Assembly: GCF_009914755.1 (NCBI RefSeq)
Contig: NC_060939.1
Source: the human T2T-CHM13v2.0 reference genome, Homo sapiens
Length of the DNA stretch: 64,000 nucleotides
Reading direction: 5' to 3' (one strand)
Positions 19,291 through 41,248 of this stretch are shown here, piece after piece. A program made the translations under genes and the position numbers. A model generated the notes under the pieces. It saw only the letters and a program-made list of their open reading frames with translations. It ran no database searches and had not been told where the DNA came from. Position 1 is the first letter of the stretch. Each line of letters begins with the position of its first letter.

Positions 19291-20782
19291 TGTCTAGAGC
19301 AGCTCCTGCAAAGATGTCGCTGCAGCAGTGGAGGCGTGGCTGGGGCAACGTGCTCCATGTAGCCCTTGGGTTGGGAACAGGAGGGAACCCCATCCCTTCC
19401 AAGTTTGCAGGGCAGAAGCCCCGTGCTCCCGGGCACAGCTGCAACTGCCCAGCTCAGAAGTGCGTGTTCTGAGCCTCTCCGCACTCCCAATGCCCGCTCC
19501 GATTTTGGAGCAAAGCTGTGGCCAAGCCCAGGCGCTGCCGCGGCCCCGGCCAGGTGTGTGCACACTAGGGGCGGTGCTGACATGTCAGCCCCCTCCTGCC
19601 TTGGACCCCTCTGGTCTTTGGGTGCTGATAAGCATGGAAGGAAGGCCAAGAGGAAACAGGTGGCTCAGCATGGGCCTGCAGGTGCCCCTTGGCACAAACA
19701 GCCAGGGAGTTGTGGATGATATGTTGATGGCGGCAGGAGGCAGACAGGTTCCTAGGCAGAAAGGGATGGGTCCCCAAGCCAGGAATGGCCTGAAGCCTGG
19801 GGACCGGTATGTCAGTTACAGGTGGAATCCACAGCCTGGGGTGAGAATTTATGGTGCTTTCTCCGGGTCTGTCCATGAACCAGTCAGCACACACTTTCTC
19901 TCTTCTGAAGCCCCTAAAAACCCCAGACTCAGCCAGACTCACATGGAGACTACAGCTGCAGGAAGGAGCTACCCAATTCAAGTCTCCTGACTTGCTGGGA
20001 TGACCTGCCTGTGGAAAGGAGATACCCACTCTGGATCTCCTCTCCACTGAGTGCTGGACACTTGTTGGGATGACCTGCCTGCAGAAAGAGCTACCCACTT
20101 TGGGTCCCTAGAGAGCTGTTCTGTTGCTTAATAAAGCTCTCCACCTTGCTCACCCTCCAGTTGTCCGTGTACCTCATTCTTCCTGGATGCAGGACAAGAA
20201 CTCGGGAACCACCAAATGGCAGGACTGAAAGAGCTAGTAACATAAACAGGGCTGAAATGCCCACACCCAAAGCTTGCCACGTTGCAGGTGACAAGAAGGA
20301 GAGAAGAGCTGTGGTCCTTTGGGGAGCCCACACCTAGGGGCTCCCTGAGCCAGGGCTGTGACACCCTCTTTGGGGCTTCACAGTTTCTGGCATCTCTGAG
20401 CTGCCAGGTGCCACCATATTCCCCTTGTCCAGACAAGAGTCCCCGCAGCGGAACCTGCTGGTGCATATGATCCAGCTGCAGGCTTGCACAGAGCTGGCCC
20501 CTGTCCCTGTGCCTAGAGCTCCCTGCCCTGCACAGCAGCTGGCGTGCCTGGCTGTGTGCAGTGGCCAGACCCTGCAGGTGCCCGCTTATGCACCCCTGGT
20601 CACTCCACACCTGGCTTGCCCTTGGCAGGCATGGGATCCAGGCTGGTAGTGTCAGTCAAGTGCAGCCTGCCAGGCCAAGTGGGCAGGATGAGCCCAGAAA
20701 GACCAAGCAAAATTCTGGCAAAGGTGCCACTGGCCACATAGGTTTCTGGCTGGAAAAGCAACACCCTAAGGATCCTGTGATA
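19291..20782 (+). mobile_element. MER52-family (ERV1) solo LTR inserted in a MIR
   Basis: 1.5-kb GC-rich block starting TGT and ending ggatcctgtgata; AATAAA near 20130; imperfect 4-bp TSD attc/cttc; MIR halves on both sides (~19180-19290 and ~20787-20920). Confidence 0.8.
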
Positions 20783-21022
20783 CTTCCACTTTTCAGATGA
20801 AGAAACTGAGGCCTAGTGACAACAAAAGACTCAACCCAATGATTCATCAATAGTATGTAGTAGAGCCAGGATTTAATCCAGGTAATCTAGGCTCACAGTC
20901 CATGTTCTGAACTACTATACAATGTTGTCTCTGTCTGTGCAAGAAGCTCCCTGAACTATAGTATATCATTGAACAATAAATAAATATTAATCATCATATA
21001 TAGATGAACTTACCTAACATAG

Positions 21023-21160
<138 letters not shown>

Positions 21161-21831
21161 TGAAGTAGCTGGGATTACAGGCACCTGCCACCATGCCCAG
21201 CTAATTTTTTTGTATTTTTAGTAGAGACGGAGTTTCACTATGTTGGCCAGGCTGGTCTCAAACTCCTGACCTCGTGATCTGCCTGCCTTGGCCTCCCAAA
21301 GTGCTGGGATTACAGGCGTAAGCCACTGCGCCCGCCCTACTCTGCAGTTTTTAAAAGGTGGGACTCACTAAGTGTGGTACCACCTCCTAGGAGGCATCTA
21401 GCAATAAATTATGAAAGGTTTACTTATTGATTGTCACAAGGTTCTAGTGGGCGCAGGATGCAGTCCCACAATTCACAGGACAGTACTACATGAAAAAAAA
21501 AAAAGCTGCCTAAATGCCAAGACTGAAAAACGCTGAGCTTGTTTTGTATATAAGAACATACATAGATTTCCAAGACATACTACAGAGTGAAAATGGGAAG
21601 TTGTAGAGTGATATGGACATAATACTATCAATGCAAATAAAACCAAAGGCTGAATGACACGCTATAATTTCTGTGGCTACATATATTTGTATTAATAACA
21701 TAGGAAAAATTCTGGCAAGATACACATAAAACTTATAACCAGAGAACCTCTGAGGAGGAGCAGAAAGAAGTCCAGGATTTGGGCTGGTGCTCAAATGGAA
21801 CTTTAGCTTTATCTCTGACATTCAGTTTTCA

Positions 21832-22128
<297 letters not shown>

Positions 22129-22369
22129 CTAGGCGACAAAGCAAGACTCCATCTCAAGTGTGTGTGTGTAACACTATGTAATTAAAATTTTAGCTAGGTG
22201 TGGTGACACGCCCATAGTCCCAGCTACTCAGGAGGGTAAGGCAGGAGGATCACTTGAGCCCAGGAGTTTGAGGCTGTAGTGTGTCATAATTATGCCTGTG
22301 AAGAGCCACTGCATTCTAGCCTGGGCAACATAGTGAGACCCCATCTCAAAAAAAAAAAACTGGTTAAAA

Positions 22370-23750
<1,381 letters not shown>

Positions 23751-25018
23751 TAAATGAACTCTGAGTACACCTTTGCTTACACCTTCTTATTTTATTGTCA
23801 GTAGTTTCTTTCTCACTATTTCTAAATAGTATGTTGTTAATACATAATATCTAGAGGTGGGACTTTGGCTTGTCATTTAAAATTTCCAGTTTTATTACCC
23901 TATAGTCAGCCAAGGAAAGCATACCTTCATATCTTTTTATTTTTAATCACTAATATAATCATTATTCTTTATGGTCCTTGTTAGCATACTCAGCTTCAAG
24001 ATTAAAGATACATATCAGATAGGATGTATTGTGCCTACTAGTATTCCAAAACCAAAATTTTCTAAAAGTATCCACAAGATTTTTTTTTTGAGATGGAGTC
24101 TCACTCTGTTGCCCAAGCTGGAGTGCAGTGGCACAATCTCTGCTCACTACAACCCCTGGCTCCCAGGTTCAGGTGATTCTCGTGCCTCAGCCTCCTGAGT
24201 AGCTGGGACTAAATGCACGCGTCACCACACCCGGCTAATTTTTGTATTTTTAGTAGAGACGGGGTTTTGCCTGTTGGCCAGGCTGGTCTCGAACTCCTGA
24301 CCTCAGATGATCCACCTGCCTCGGCCTCCCAAAGTGCTGGGATTACAGAGGTTAGCCACTGCTCACAGCCCTCAACACATATTGTTTTAAACAGCAGTGA
24401 AAGCTTGTCTTTAAAAAGGGCCAAAGTGGGTACTTTCAATATTTTAAATTTCTTGGAATGCTGTTCAAAGTAACATTATGTCTCCTCCCTTTTATCACTG
24501 TATAATAGCCCACAAAGCACAGCTCAGAAAATTAACCAATTTCTCTAAGAGCATACCACAGTCAGAACTCAGAAAACCAGATTTACTGATTCCAATTCCA
24601 AGGTGCTATCCATACCTGTAGTTATAGGCAATGTCTTTCTTCTAAGAAAAAAAGAAAAACTTGTATAAGCCACCTTTTTCAGGCAAAGAATTTGTTTCCA
24701 ATAATGTAATAACTGCAGTCATTTTTATTAGAAATAATAATGTGAAATAAGTGAACTGATGTGTAAATGTGTACCTAAAAGTGCTAATGCACACAAAATA
24801 ACGGGTTGGTTATCTTTTTGTGCATAAAGGTTCCTAACCTAACTTTACTGCACACTCAATGCATTTATCAGTATAAAATTATATTCAATAAGTACCATAG
24901 AGTCTTCACTCTGACCTTTCTAGAATGAAAATAGTTGAATTTCTCTTGCCATAAAATCCATTTTGGAAAAGCAAAATTTAAAGTGACTATTTAACTTTTC
25001 CTCCAAAAATTGAGTTGG

Positions 25019-26814
25019 CCTCTCCTCCTCCCCTTCCCCCTCCCCCTCCCCACGGTCTCCCTCTCCCTCTCTTTCCATGGTCTCCCTCTGATGCCGAGCT
25101 GAAGCTGGACTGTACTGCTGCCATCTCGGCTCACTGCAACCTCCCCGCCTGATTCTCCTGCCTCAGCCTGCAGAGTGCCTGCGATTGCAGGTGCACGCTG
25201 CCACGCCTGACTGGTTTTCGTATTTTTTTGGTGGAGACAGGGTTTCGCTGTGTTGGCCGGGCTGGTCTCCAGCTCCTAACCGCGAGTGATCCGCCAGCCT
25301 CGGCCTCCCGAGGTGCCGGGATTGCAGACGGAGTCTCGCTCACTCAGTGCTCAATGGTGCCCAGGCTGGAGTGCAGTGGCGTGATCTCGGCTTGCTACAA
25401 CCTCCACCTCCCAGCCGCCTGCCTTGGCCTCCCAAAGTGCCGAGATTGCAGCCTCTGCCCAGCCGCCACCCCGTCTGGGAAGTGAGGAGCGTCTCTGCCT
25501 GGCCGCGCATCGTCTGGGATGTGAGGAGCCCCTCTGCCTGGCTGCCCAGTCTGGAAAGTGAGGAGCATCTCTGCCCGGCCGCCATCCCATCTAGGAAGTG
25601 AGGAGCGCCTCTTCCCGGCTGCCATCCCATCTAGGAAGTGAGGAGCGTCTCTGCCGGGCCACCCATCGTCTGAGATGTGGGGAGCGCCTCTGCCCCACCG
25701 CCCCGTCTGGGATGTGAGTGCCTCTGCCCGGCCGCGACCCCGTCTGGGAGGTGAGGAGCGTCTCTGCCCAGCCGCCCCGTCTGAGAAGTGAGGAGACCCT
25801 CCGCCTGGCAGCCGCCCCTTCTAAGAAGTGAGGAGCCCCTCCGCCCAGCAGCCACCCCATCTGAGAAGTGAGGAGCCCCTCCGCCCGGCAGCCACCCCGT
25901 CTGGGAAGTGAGGACCGTCTCCGCCCGGCAGCCACCCCGTCCGGGAGGGAGGTGGGGGGTCAGCCCCTGCCCGGCCAGCCGCCCCGTCCGGGAGGGAGGT
26001 GGGGGTCAGCCCCCGCCCGGCCAGCCGCCCCGTCCCAGAGGGAGGTGGGGGGTCAGCCCCCGCCCGGCCAGCCACCCCGTCCGGGAGGGAGGTGTGGGTC
26101 AGCCCCCGCCCGGCCAGCTGCCCTGTCGGGGAGGGAGGTGGGGGGTCAGCCCCCGCCCGGCCAGACGCCCCGACTGGGAGGGAGGTTGGGGGTCAGCCCC
26201 CGCCCGGCCAGCCACCCCGTCCGGGAGGTGGGGGGCACCTCGGCCCGGCCGCCCCTACTGGGAAGTGAGGAGCCCCTCTGCCCGGCCACCACCCCGTCTG
26301 GGAGGTGTACCCAACAGCTCATTGAGAACAGGCCATGATGATAATGGTGGTTTTGTGGAACAGAAAAGGGGGAAAGGTGGGGAAAAGATTGAGAAATCGG
26401 ATGGTTGCTGTGTCTGTGTAGAAAGAAGTAGACATGGGAGACTTTTCATTTTGTTCTGTACTAAGAAAAATTCTTCTGCCTTGGGATCCTGTTGATCTAT
26501 GACCTTACCCCCAACCCTGTGCTCTCTGAAACATGTGCTGTGTCCACTCAGGGTTAAATGGATTAAGGGCGGTGCAAGATGTGCTTTGTTAAACAGATGC
26601 TTGAAGGCAGCATGCTCGTTAAGAGTCATCACCACTCCCTAATCTCAAGTACCCAGGGTCACAAACACTGCGGAAGGCCGCAGGGTCCTCTGCCTAGGAA
26701 AACCAAAGACCTTTGTTCACTTGTTTATCTGCTGACCTTCCCTCCACTATTGTCCTATGACCCTGCCAAATCCCCCTCTCGGAGAAACACCCAAGAATGA
26801 TCAATTTAAAAAAA
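25019..26814 (+). mobile_element. SVA retrotransposon, near full length (SVA_C/D-like)
   Basis: Same domain order as the first SVA; 14-bp TSD aaaaattgagttgg at 25005-25018 and 26815-26828. Confidence 0.95.
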
Positions 26815-26852
26815 AAAAATTGAGTTGGTAATTTTTGGTTTGCTTTATTTTA

Positions 26853-27083
<231 letters not shown>

Positions 27084-28257
27084 TTATATACGCTGTTTGG
27101 ATGGCAAAATTCCTTAGAATAAGATTCTGAAACCCTGATTACCCCTTACATCCTGGATTCAGTTTAATGTTTCAAAATTAGCATTACAGGCTGCATGACA
27201 TCATACAACTAATTATTCCTTTAGTTATTTAAATAATTTACTGTAAAAAGCTAAGAACCTTAAATATCCAATTAACTGCCTTTTATACTCAATGCAGGTA
27301 CCTTAAGAAATAAAATTAGATAAAACAATTTCAAAATCATTTGTCAATCACTTAATCACTGACAATTTAAACAATCTTGATTTCTAACAGTTACTTCTAA
27401 ATGCACTGTGAAAAATGAGAAATTTAACAATTTTTTTAACTTTAACAATATTACTGAGATACATTTGGTGCATGTTAATTTTCTATTCAAATTTACATCG
27501 TGTGTTTTACTGAACATGTAATAACCACAAATAATATTATTCTAATAATACAAATTTTAGAATCATCAAAACCTGATTCACTATATTATAGCAATAACAC
27601 AAATATTATTGCATTTCATTGAATCTAAGATATACCATTATCTTATATTTCTCTAAAACATGCTGTTGATGAAAGTCATTTATTGTGAGACATATCCCAA
27701 TTTAAGTCACTAAAATATATTAAAAGTTAATAAAATATGGTATTTTGGTTTTTTGTTTTTGGGATGGAATCTTGCTCTGTCACCCTGGCTGGAATGCAGT
27801 AGCGTGATTTTGGCTCACTGCAACCTCCGCCTCCTGGGTTCAAGTGATTTTCGTGCCTCAGCCTCCCGAGTAGCTGGGACTACATGAGCAAGCCACCACA
27901 TTGGGCTAATTTTTGTATTTTTACTAGAGACGTGGTTTGGCCATGTTGGCCAGGCTGGTCTTGAACTCCCGACCTCAAGTGATCTACCCACCTCCGCCTC
28001 TCAAAGAGCTGGGATTTCTAACAGAGCTCTACGATATATCAATTTCTCCTGTTTTTGCAAAATACAAAAATTATACTGAGTTGTCACGTACCATTAATCT
28101 CCACAATATAGAAGCATAATGAATAAAAGATGGACAGATCTCATATACTTCACAATCAACAGGTTTCTCCTAACAAAAAAGCAGTAGCTCCCTTATACCA
28201 GTAAAGTTCAAAGACAGAGATGAATGTCACCATTACTACAGTGTTATTACAGTGTCA

Positions 28258-28368
<111 letters not shown>

Positions 28369-28699
28369 TTAAAAGAGTTAGTTAGACTGTTAGACCGACC
28401 AGGAACAGAAACATTCACTAATCTGATTTTGGCATCATATCTCCAAATGTCTTTCACTTAAACTATTTCAATATATGAAGAAAAAAAGTGACTCTGACTG
28501 TGACAAACGCCTCCCCTGGTCAATGAGCAATCCAGCTGAGGAGGAGGCCACTGGTAGCAGAATCAGCAGATTCAGTAGGCTGGGGGCATGCCTCTGTTAG
28601 CTTTCAAGAGATTTGCCAGGAAACAAAAATTTTTTTAATTTGAAATAATATTTTTGTGCAAAAACACATAAAAACAAAGACACAAAATGGTGACTGCTC

Positions 28700-31071
<2,372 letters not shown>

Positions 31072-31089
31072 GTTTTATGTTTCTATGTG

Positions 31090-32260
<1,171 letters not shown>

Positions 32261-32435
32261 CTTAGTTTATTTTTAAAACTACAATAAAATATAGGAAAAT
32301 AGAATTATTAACATGAAAAATAAGTGATTATGAAAACCAGTAGTAAATGTCTACAATGGTACAGTGGTTTAACACTGGAGGCAAGCAGAGAATTCTTAAA
32401 TATTTAAACCAAGATATGATCACTTTACTTTTTTA

Positions 32436-32567
<132 letters not shown>

Positions 32568-32580
32568 TCATAAATACATA

Positions 32581-32930
32581 AAGTCATCTCTTGGTATCCT
32601 CAGGGAATTGGTTTCAGGACCCCTGTGGACATCAAAGTCCACTAATGCTCAATTCCCTTATGTAAAATGGTGTAGTATTTGCATAAAATCTATACACATG
32701 CTTCTGTATGCTTTAAATCATCTCTAGATTACTTATAATGCCTAATACAATGTAAATGCTATGTAAATAGTTATTAGATAATATTGTTTAGGGAATAATG
32801 ACAAGAAAAAAAAGTCTGTACATGTTCAGTACAGTGACAACCATCCTTTTTCCTTTTTCCCCCTGAATATTTTCAAACTGCGATGGGATGAATCCCTAGA
32901 TATGGAACCCACAGATATGGAGGGTCAATT
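32581..32930. mobile_element. MER2-like Tigger-derived MITE
   Basis: About 350 bp resembling the MER2 consensus (cttggtatcc...ggattggttYcaggacccc...gatatggagggtc). Confidence 0.75.
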
Positions 32931-33824
32931 ATGTCTTCATAATTATGTACAAATTACAATTTCTAGTTAATGTTATTTACATTGATAACCAAGGTTTGCC
33001 AATCAATCCCTTAACTTCATTAATTATTCAATGGACAAATCTGCAATTATATGAAGTACTGGATTACAATGATATGATCTACTAAATTTAAAAATGACTT
33101 TAAGTCTCTCTCTTACATCTTTTACTGGCACTGCTAAGTGAAAGCTACCCTAAATATCTGTCTCTGGTCTTTCCTCTGCTTGACTCAACATCTAAGCAAA
33201 AGTGCTTAATGAGAAACAAAATTGCCAAAAATATTGAAGTGGAGGACTGTATATCCATAAACTGAATAGGTTTTTGATGTCTTCAGAGATCTAAAAAATA
33301 CAGCATGTAAATAGAAAATGTTTGTCTCCTATTGTTTTTATAATCAACATGCCTGGAATGTGCTTTGAAAAAAACTATCTTAATCAGGTAGCATTTATTA
33401 GAAATCTAATTTAAAACTATCCTTTTCTTCCAAGTTGAATACAACGCAAAATGAACGTTACCATTCAGATTTCTATCATTTAAAATTCAGAAACAATATC
33501 TTATTAAGACATGTCACTTGAATGCTATGGTTGACACAGCAGCAAATATTTGATAATACTGAGATGAGGAATGAAAGTTAAAAAATACCAATATATGCAA
33601 CCAAAAAAAAAAAAAAGTGGGGCGATCATGTAGTAAAAAGATTGTAGTAAAGATTATAGTAAGGGATTAAAAAATATATTAGTATACTTGAAAATATTAG
33701 TTACAAACTAAGAATGCTAGGAAAAAAATTATTTCAGGGTTACCTATGTTTTAAGGACTGACAGATTAAAACTCTGTAAGATATAAACTTTCAGGATTGA
33801 CAAATTAAAACTCCTTAAGATCTA

Positions 33825-33992
<168 letters not shown>

Positions 33993-34226
33993 TTAAAATT
34001 GCGCTTCTTCAGGTAAATATATTTTTAATTTAATTTTAATTTTTTTCAGAGACTGGTCTCACTCTGTCACCCAGGTTGGAGTGCAGTGGGGCAATCCTAG
34101 CTTACTGCAGCCTTAAGCTCTTGGGCTCAAGTGATCCTCCTGCCTCAGCCTCCTGAGTAGCTGGGGACTAGAGGTGCACACGACCACGCCCAGCTAAATT
34201 TTTTTTGGAGGGGGCGGGGGGTATAG

Positions 34227-34334
<108 letters not shown>

Positions 34335-34765
34335 TAGCAAGGTAAATCTATTTTAAGTAGAAGTATAAAAATAAGAAAGCTGATAGGTAAAAAACACGGA
34401 AAGGTTTCAGCAGTTCACATTAAGCAGTTTACAGAAAGAGAAATGATGAATACACATATGAAAAATGTTCAACCTGGCCCGGAGCTGGTGGCTCACTTCT
34501 GTAATCCCAGCACTTTCGGAGGTTGGGGTGGGTGGATCACCTGAGGTCAGGAGTTCATGACCAGCCTGGTCAACATGGTGAAACCTTGTCTCTACTAAAA
34601 ATACAAAATTAGCCAGGTGTGGTGGTGGGCATCTGTAATCCCAGCTGCTTGGGAGGCTGAGGCAGGAGAATCGCTTGAACCCAGAGGCGGAAGTTGCAGT
34701 GAGCCAAGATTGTGTCACTGCACTCCAGCCTACTCCAGCCTGGGTGACAAGTGAAACTCCATCTC

Positions 34766-34796
<31 letters not shown>

Positions 34797-35941
34797 CAAC
34801 CTCACTTAAAGAAAAATGAGTTGAAACAAGATCATCCTATTTTTCACCTATTACAGTGGCAAAAATTTTGGTGTTTAGTAAAATATAGAGCTGGCATAGG
34901 TATTGGGAAGTAGGCACTTTTGACCATAGTGGTGATGGTAAAGTAAACTGGTATAACATTTTTGGAGGCCAATTTGAAAACATCTATCAAAAATGTAAAG
35001 GTATATACCAACTATTAGGAATTAGTATGACAAATACGCTCCCTTAGGTATGCAAAAACATTTGTATAAGAACGTACATTTTATTGTTCTTTGTTACAGC
35101 AAAGACCTAGAAACACCTGAATGTCTATTAATAGGAGACTACTGAAACACATTATATCCATACAATGGACTACGCAGCTATCAAGAATAAGTAGATCTAT
35201 ATGCACTAATGTGCAATGATTTCCAGAATATACAAAACTTTAACAATGCTTATGTCCTATATAGCATACTGGGACTCAGGGAGAGAAATTTTAACTTGGT
35301 TTCAAACATATCTCTATGGTTTGAAATTTACTAGTGAATGTATTTATCAGTGTTATAATAAAAATTGAGGCACACATATGGCAATGACAGCATTTAGAAC
35401 CTGTAGACCAACAATACTCAAGGAAAAAGGAACATTTAGTTAGGCAGGTATAAATAAATATGGTGTTACAACTACCATGACGTGGCATAATTAAGTAACG
35501 TGTATTTATCTACAACAGTAACAAGGAAAAGTAGCTGCTTTCACTTTAGCTAATTCTCCTACCTCTATGAATAATTACACTTTTATCCATTTTACTAATG
35601 AGAAAATTATTATTTGCTCCTTAAATAGGAAGTGGGGAAACCCAAGACTGACGTCTAGACCTATCTTCAAATTTTATTATACTGTCTCCTTATAATTCAA
35701 GTAAAATTAAAAATATAAAAAATCATGACACAATAACAACATGTCAATTTATTAGCATAAGTACACCTGTTTTTGTTTTCATGGGTTTTATTAAACAGAA
35801 ATGGTTCCCAAGAGTAAGGATGCTAAAAACACGAGATCACTAAAAAAAATTTGTGCTGTGTGTAAGCTATTTTTAATGACCCCTATGTTTCCGGTGCTCT
35901 AGATGTGGTTCCAACTGAAGTTAGACCTGAGATCTTCCCTA

Positions 35942-36277
<336 letters not shown>

Positions 36278-36547
36278 CTACCTTTCCAGTACTGAAAATA
36301 TCAATGTTAAGTGTAATGTAAGTACTATATCAGTCACCCAAAATGAACTACATTTGTTATCAATTTTAAATTCAATCACTACTGATATATACCATATCTT
36401 AATATGTGAATAAGAAGCAAAAAGCTCTTTGCACTTCCTTGAGTTGCCCACTCTCAAAAACCAACAACAACAAAAAACTATATGCTTTGCTGATGTGAAA
36501 CCACAGAAAATAGTCAAAATGAGTCAATTCAGAATCTCACTTTTTAC

Positions 36548-36596
36548 CTTCATCTTTGTTTTCTTGTTTTCTCCTTTTCTTCTGCATATGTTCAGC
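36548..36596 (-). CDS. UBR1: UBR1 exon 24 (49 nt): AEHMQKKRRKQENKDE(A)
   Basis: Acceptor ttatag|GCT, donor AAG|gtaaaa. Confidence 0.94.
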
Positions 36597-37292
36597 CTAT
36601 AAAAAAATCTATCATTAAATATACTGCTTTGGAAGCATGAAACAAATGAAATACATTAAAGCAGTCAGGAAAGACCCAACCACCTATTAAAATACTTTAT
36701 ATACTGAAGCATGTATTCAAAATGCCTCTTTGTCCTAGAAATAAAATTGTGTTCTAGAGAAACCTAATGCAAAATAGATGAGGAATATCCCTGATCAAAA
36801 ACTTAGTCTCCATTATTTTCTACTGAAAATATTTACCCAGTACCTATTATGCACAGGGTACTATGCTATGGGCTGTAAAGTATTTACTTGATAAGGACAA
36901 AGCCAGACATCACCTTAACTAACTGATCAAACTTAACATGATCCTTCATGGGACAAAAAGACGTATGTGCCTAATAATGGGATGCAATATATCATTTACA
37001 TAGTATTCTTGCCAAAAACTGTTTAAGCTGAATCTATTTGGTACTCTATAGAAATGCCGATGTTACAAAAGAAAAAAATGCAAAAGAATTATCTTCTAAA
37101 TTAAAGGAGACTATTGGCCGGGCGAGGTGGCTCACGCCTGTAATCCCAGGACGTTGGGAGGCCGAGGTGGGTGGAATCATTTGAGGTCAGGAATTTGAGA
37201 CCAGCCTGGACAACATGGTGAAACCCGGTCTTTACTAAAAATACAAAAATTAGCCAGGCATGGTGGCATGTGCCTATAGTCCCAGCTACTCA

Positions 37293-37439
<147 letters not shown>

Positions 37440-37700
37440 CTAAAGAAACATGACAATCAAATGAGTGTGTGATGATGAAGTCCATGATGCTTGATTGAAT
37501 CCTCTTCCCAAAACAGCTATTAAAGACATATGTAGTATAATCAGGAAAATCTGAATATTGCCTGTATACTAGATAAGATTATTGATTCAATTTTAATTCT
37601 TGGGTGACATAATGACCTCTATTAATAAGAACCAGCGTGAAACTATAGAAAAAGCAGAAAATTTTCTGTGGAGTTAGAAAGCATAAAGCATTTAGGTTTA

Positions 37701-37937
<237 letters not shown>

Positions 37938-38942
37938 TTATGTCTCATTTAGCTTATGAAAAATTCCATTGCAATAATAAAACTAAAAACCTACATTGTG
38001 AACACAAAGCCTGATAACAGCTAAGCTGTGTTTTATAATAATGAAATTCAAACAAATCTGGAGAAGTTTGTTTTATACTATCTAGAACTGATACCATGCC
38101 CTATCTCTAAAGCTTCTTAGAGATTTAAGAGTCTCTGATGCCTAAAGGTTGTCTGTTCAACTAAAGAACACTTCATTGACCTTAGACACTTCATTGTCTA
38201 AGGTCATATCTAAAACAGTAGGGAGACATCATAACCTTAGTAATTTGCAAATGAAAATATACTACTGAATCCTTTATATAGTACTATAAGGAAAATCACT
38301 GAGGTCAAAAGGAGTACTCCATATTTGTTCTAAACATTAAACAGCTTTTGGTTTCTATCCAATCTCTAAGTCGAATATTTCAATGAACATTACTAGATCA
38401 TAAGAAAAGCTATACCCTATTTTAAAAGTTATTTGAAACTAGTAATGTATCTGTAAACACAATACTGTAACAAGTAGAAATTCACTATCAGTATCGATTT
38501 TTCAAATTTCAAAGATTAATACAATTAAATTTGTATTTCCATTTTATATACTGAAATGAAAATATTATAAAATACTGTTTTAATTCTACCAGAGAATAAT
38601 CCAAAATTAGCATATAAAATAAAAATTTATAAAATAAATGAAATCATGGGTTCAGATTAATGGGAAAGAGAGTATCAGAAAAGTTCATTTACTTACTATC
38701 TAAATAAATCACCTAATATCATAAATGAGTATTTCTCATTCACTTGCCAAAAACACTCATTTTTTCAACAAACAGGTGCTAAGTGTCTACTGTGAGCCCC
38801 TCATTCTCACCCTTTCTAATCTGTATTCCACTCTTATTCTTGGGAGTTCAGGCAAGAACTTCAGAGCTTCTACAAAGTATCCAAAGTACAAGAACAAAGA
38901 TCAAACTACCTTTTAGAATAAGCATAAATATTAAGCACTTAC

Positions 38943-38995
38943 TTAAATGTGGCCACTTTGTTTATGACATTCTCTAAGCCAGTTTCATTATTTTC
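38943..38995 (-). CDS. UBR1: UBR1 exon 22 (53 nt): ENNETGLENVINKVATF(K)
   Basis: Acceptor caacag|GAA, donor TAA|gtaagt. Confidence 0.94.
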
Positions 38996-39631
38996 CTGTT
39001 GAAACAATATTTTTGTCATTTTTACCTTCATATAATGACTTCCACCTCTCTGTGAAGTGAAATACATTTTCTACTGCATCTCTGAAGTACTTTGTAAATA
39101 ATTTTAAAAAGATCAATTTCCACTATTAAAAAATTAGGTCTAAAACCAATTATCTACGTTTTGGGAGACCAACTTCGTAAGAGGTAAGATGTATATATAA
39201 ACTGTTTAAGAAAGGTTATCTAAGTTTGCCTTCATATGTGTGTATAAGTACACACATACATCTACAGCATACACACATAGTATTACCAATACTTCAAAGA
39301 AAAGAAGCTCTTCTTTATGTAGTATGTTCATCACCCTCATCATTTATGTACATGCCCATGCTGTATTAATCCCTAAAACCAAGGTAACAAAATTAATGAG
39401 CTCCAACTAGTTAATCTATAGCAATACATGTCTAGATGTCCTAATATATTCTACCTTTTGCAAGTTTTTTTCTGATTGACCTGATCTTTTCCTTAAATAG
39501 GGAACACTATTTTTTTACAAAGTCATTTAAAATTAAGATAAGGACCTAGTCAAACTACTACAGTAAGCTCACAGATTCCTGTAGGCTTGTAAAGATAAGA
39601 AAGGTAACCTCCCTTAAAAATACATATATTT

Positions 39632-40361
<730 letters not shown>

Positions 40362-40519
40362 TTAAGAATCATTTTTCTAACTCATATTCAAATCTCAGAG
40401 GGAAAAAACATGAGACTCATAATCTGTAGGACTATTACCACAGTATCTGTATATACAAAAATACAAATGCCACCTGTGGTGGTCATGAGAATGTACCTTG
40501 CAGACATCTGATTACAGGG

Positions 40520-40850
40520 AGTAAATAACCACGTGCCTCAACTGCTGTGCTCTGGTGAAACTAAGGCCAAGCTTCTCACCAGTCATTACCAGACAATGAG
40601 CAAGGCAGAGATACTAACGCAGGCTCATTCTGGGAGACATGGGGAGGGACAGATGGAAAGGCCATTGAAGCCCAGCAGTCTGGGATGCTTCTATGTAACT
40701 TTCCTTCCCTCTTTATTTCACTGGGAATCAGATTGGCATCAGAATCTGATGGCTCCCCTTGTCATTCCCAGATCCCTTACCATTGCCTTTAATAAAAATC
40801 TTAATGTTTTGTCACAAGATCTGCTTCTCAGAAGACCCAGATTAACACAC
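40520..40850 (+). mobile_element. Old ERVL LTR fragment (LTR40/41-like)
   Basis: AATAAA followed by the ERVL-type end tctgcttctcagaagacccagattaacaca. Confidence 0.5.
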
Positions 40851-40915
40851 CACCCAGTTTCAGAAGTTCCCTTTCAAGAAGTTCCCTTTTTTCCTCTGGA
40901 GTAATCTTTATTTTA

Positions 40916-41248
<333 letters not shown>

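Noticed and set aside
19257-20850. Cluster of ORFs up to 220 aa
   Set aside because: All fall within the GC-rich MER52 LTR, with no gag/pol/env motifs.
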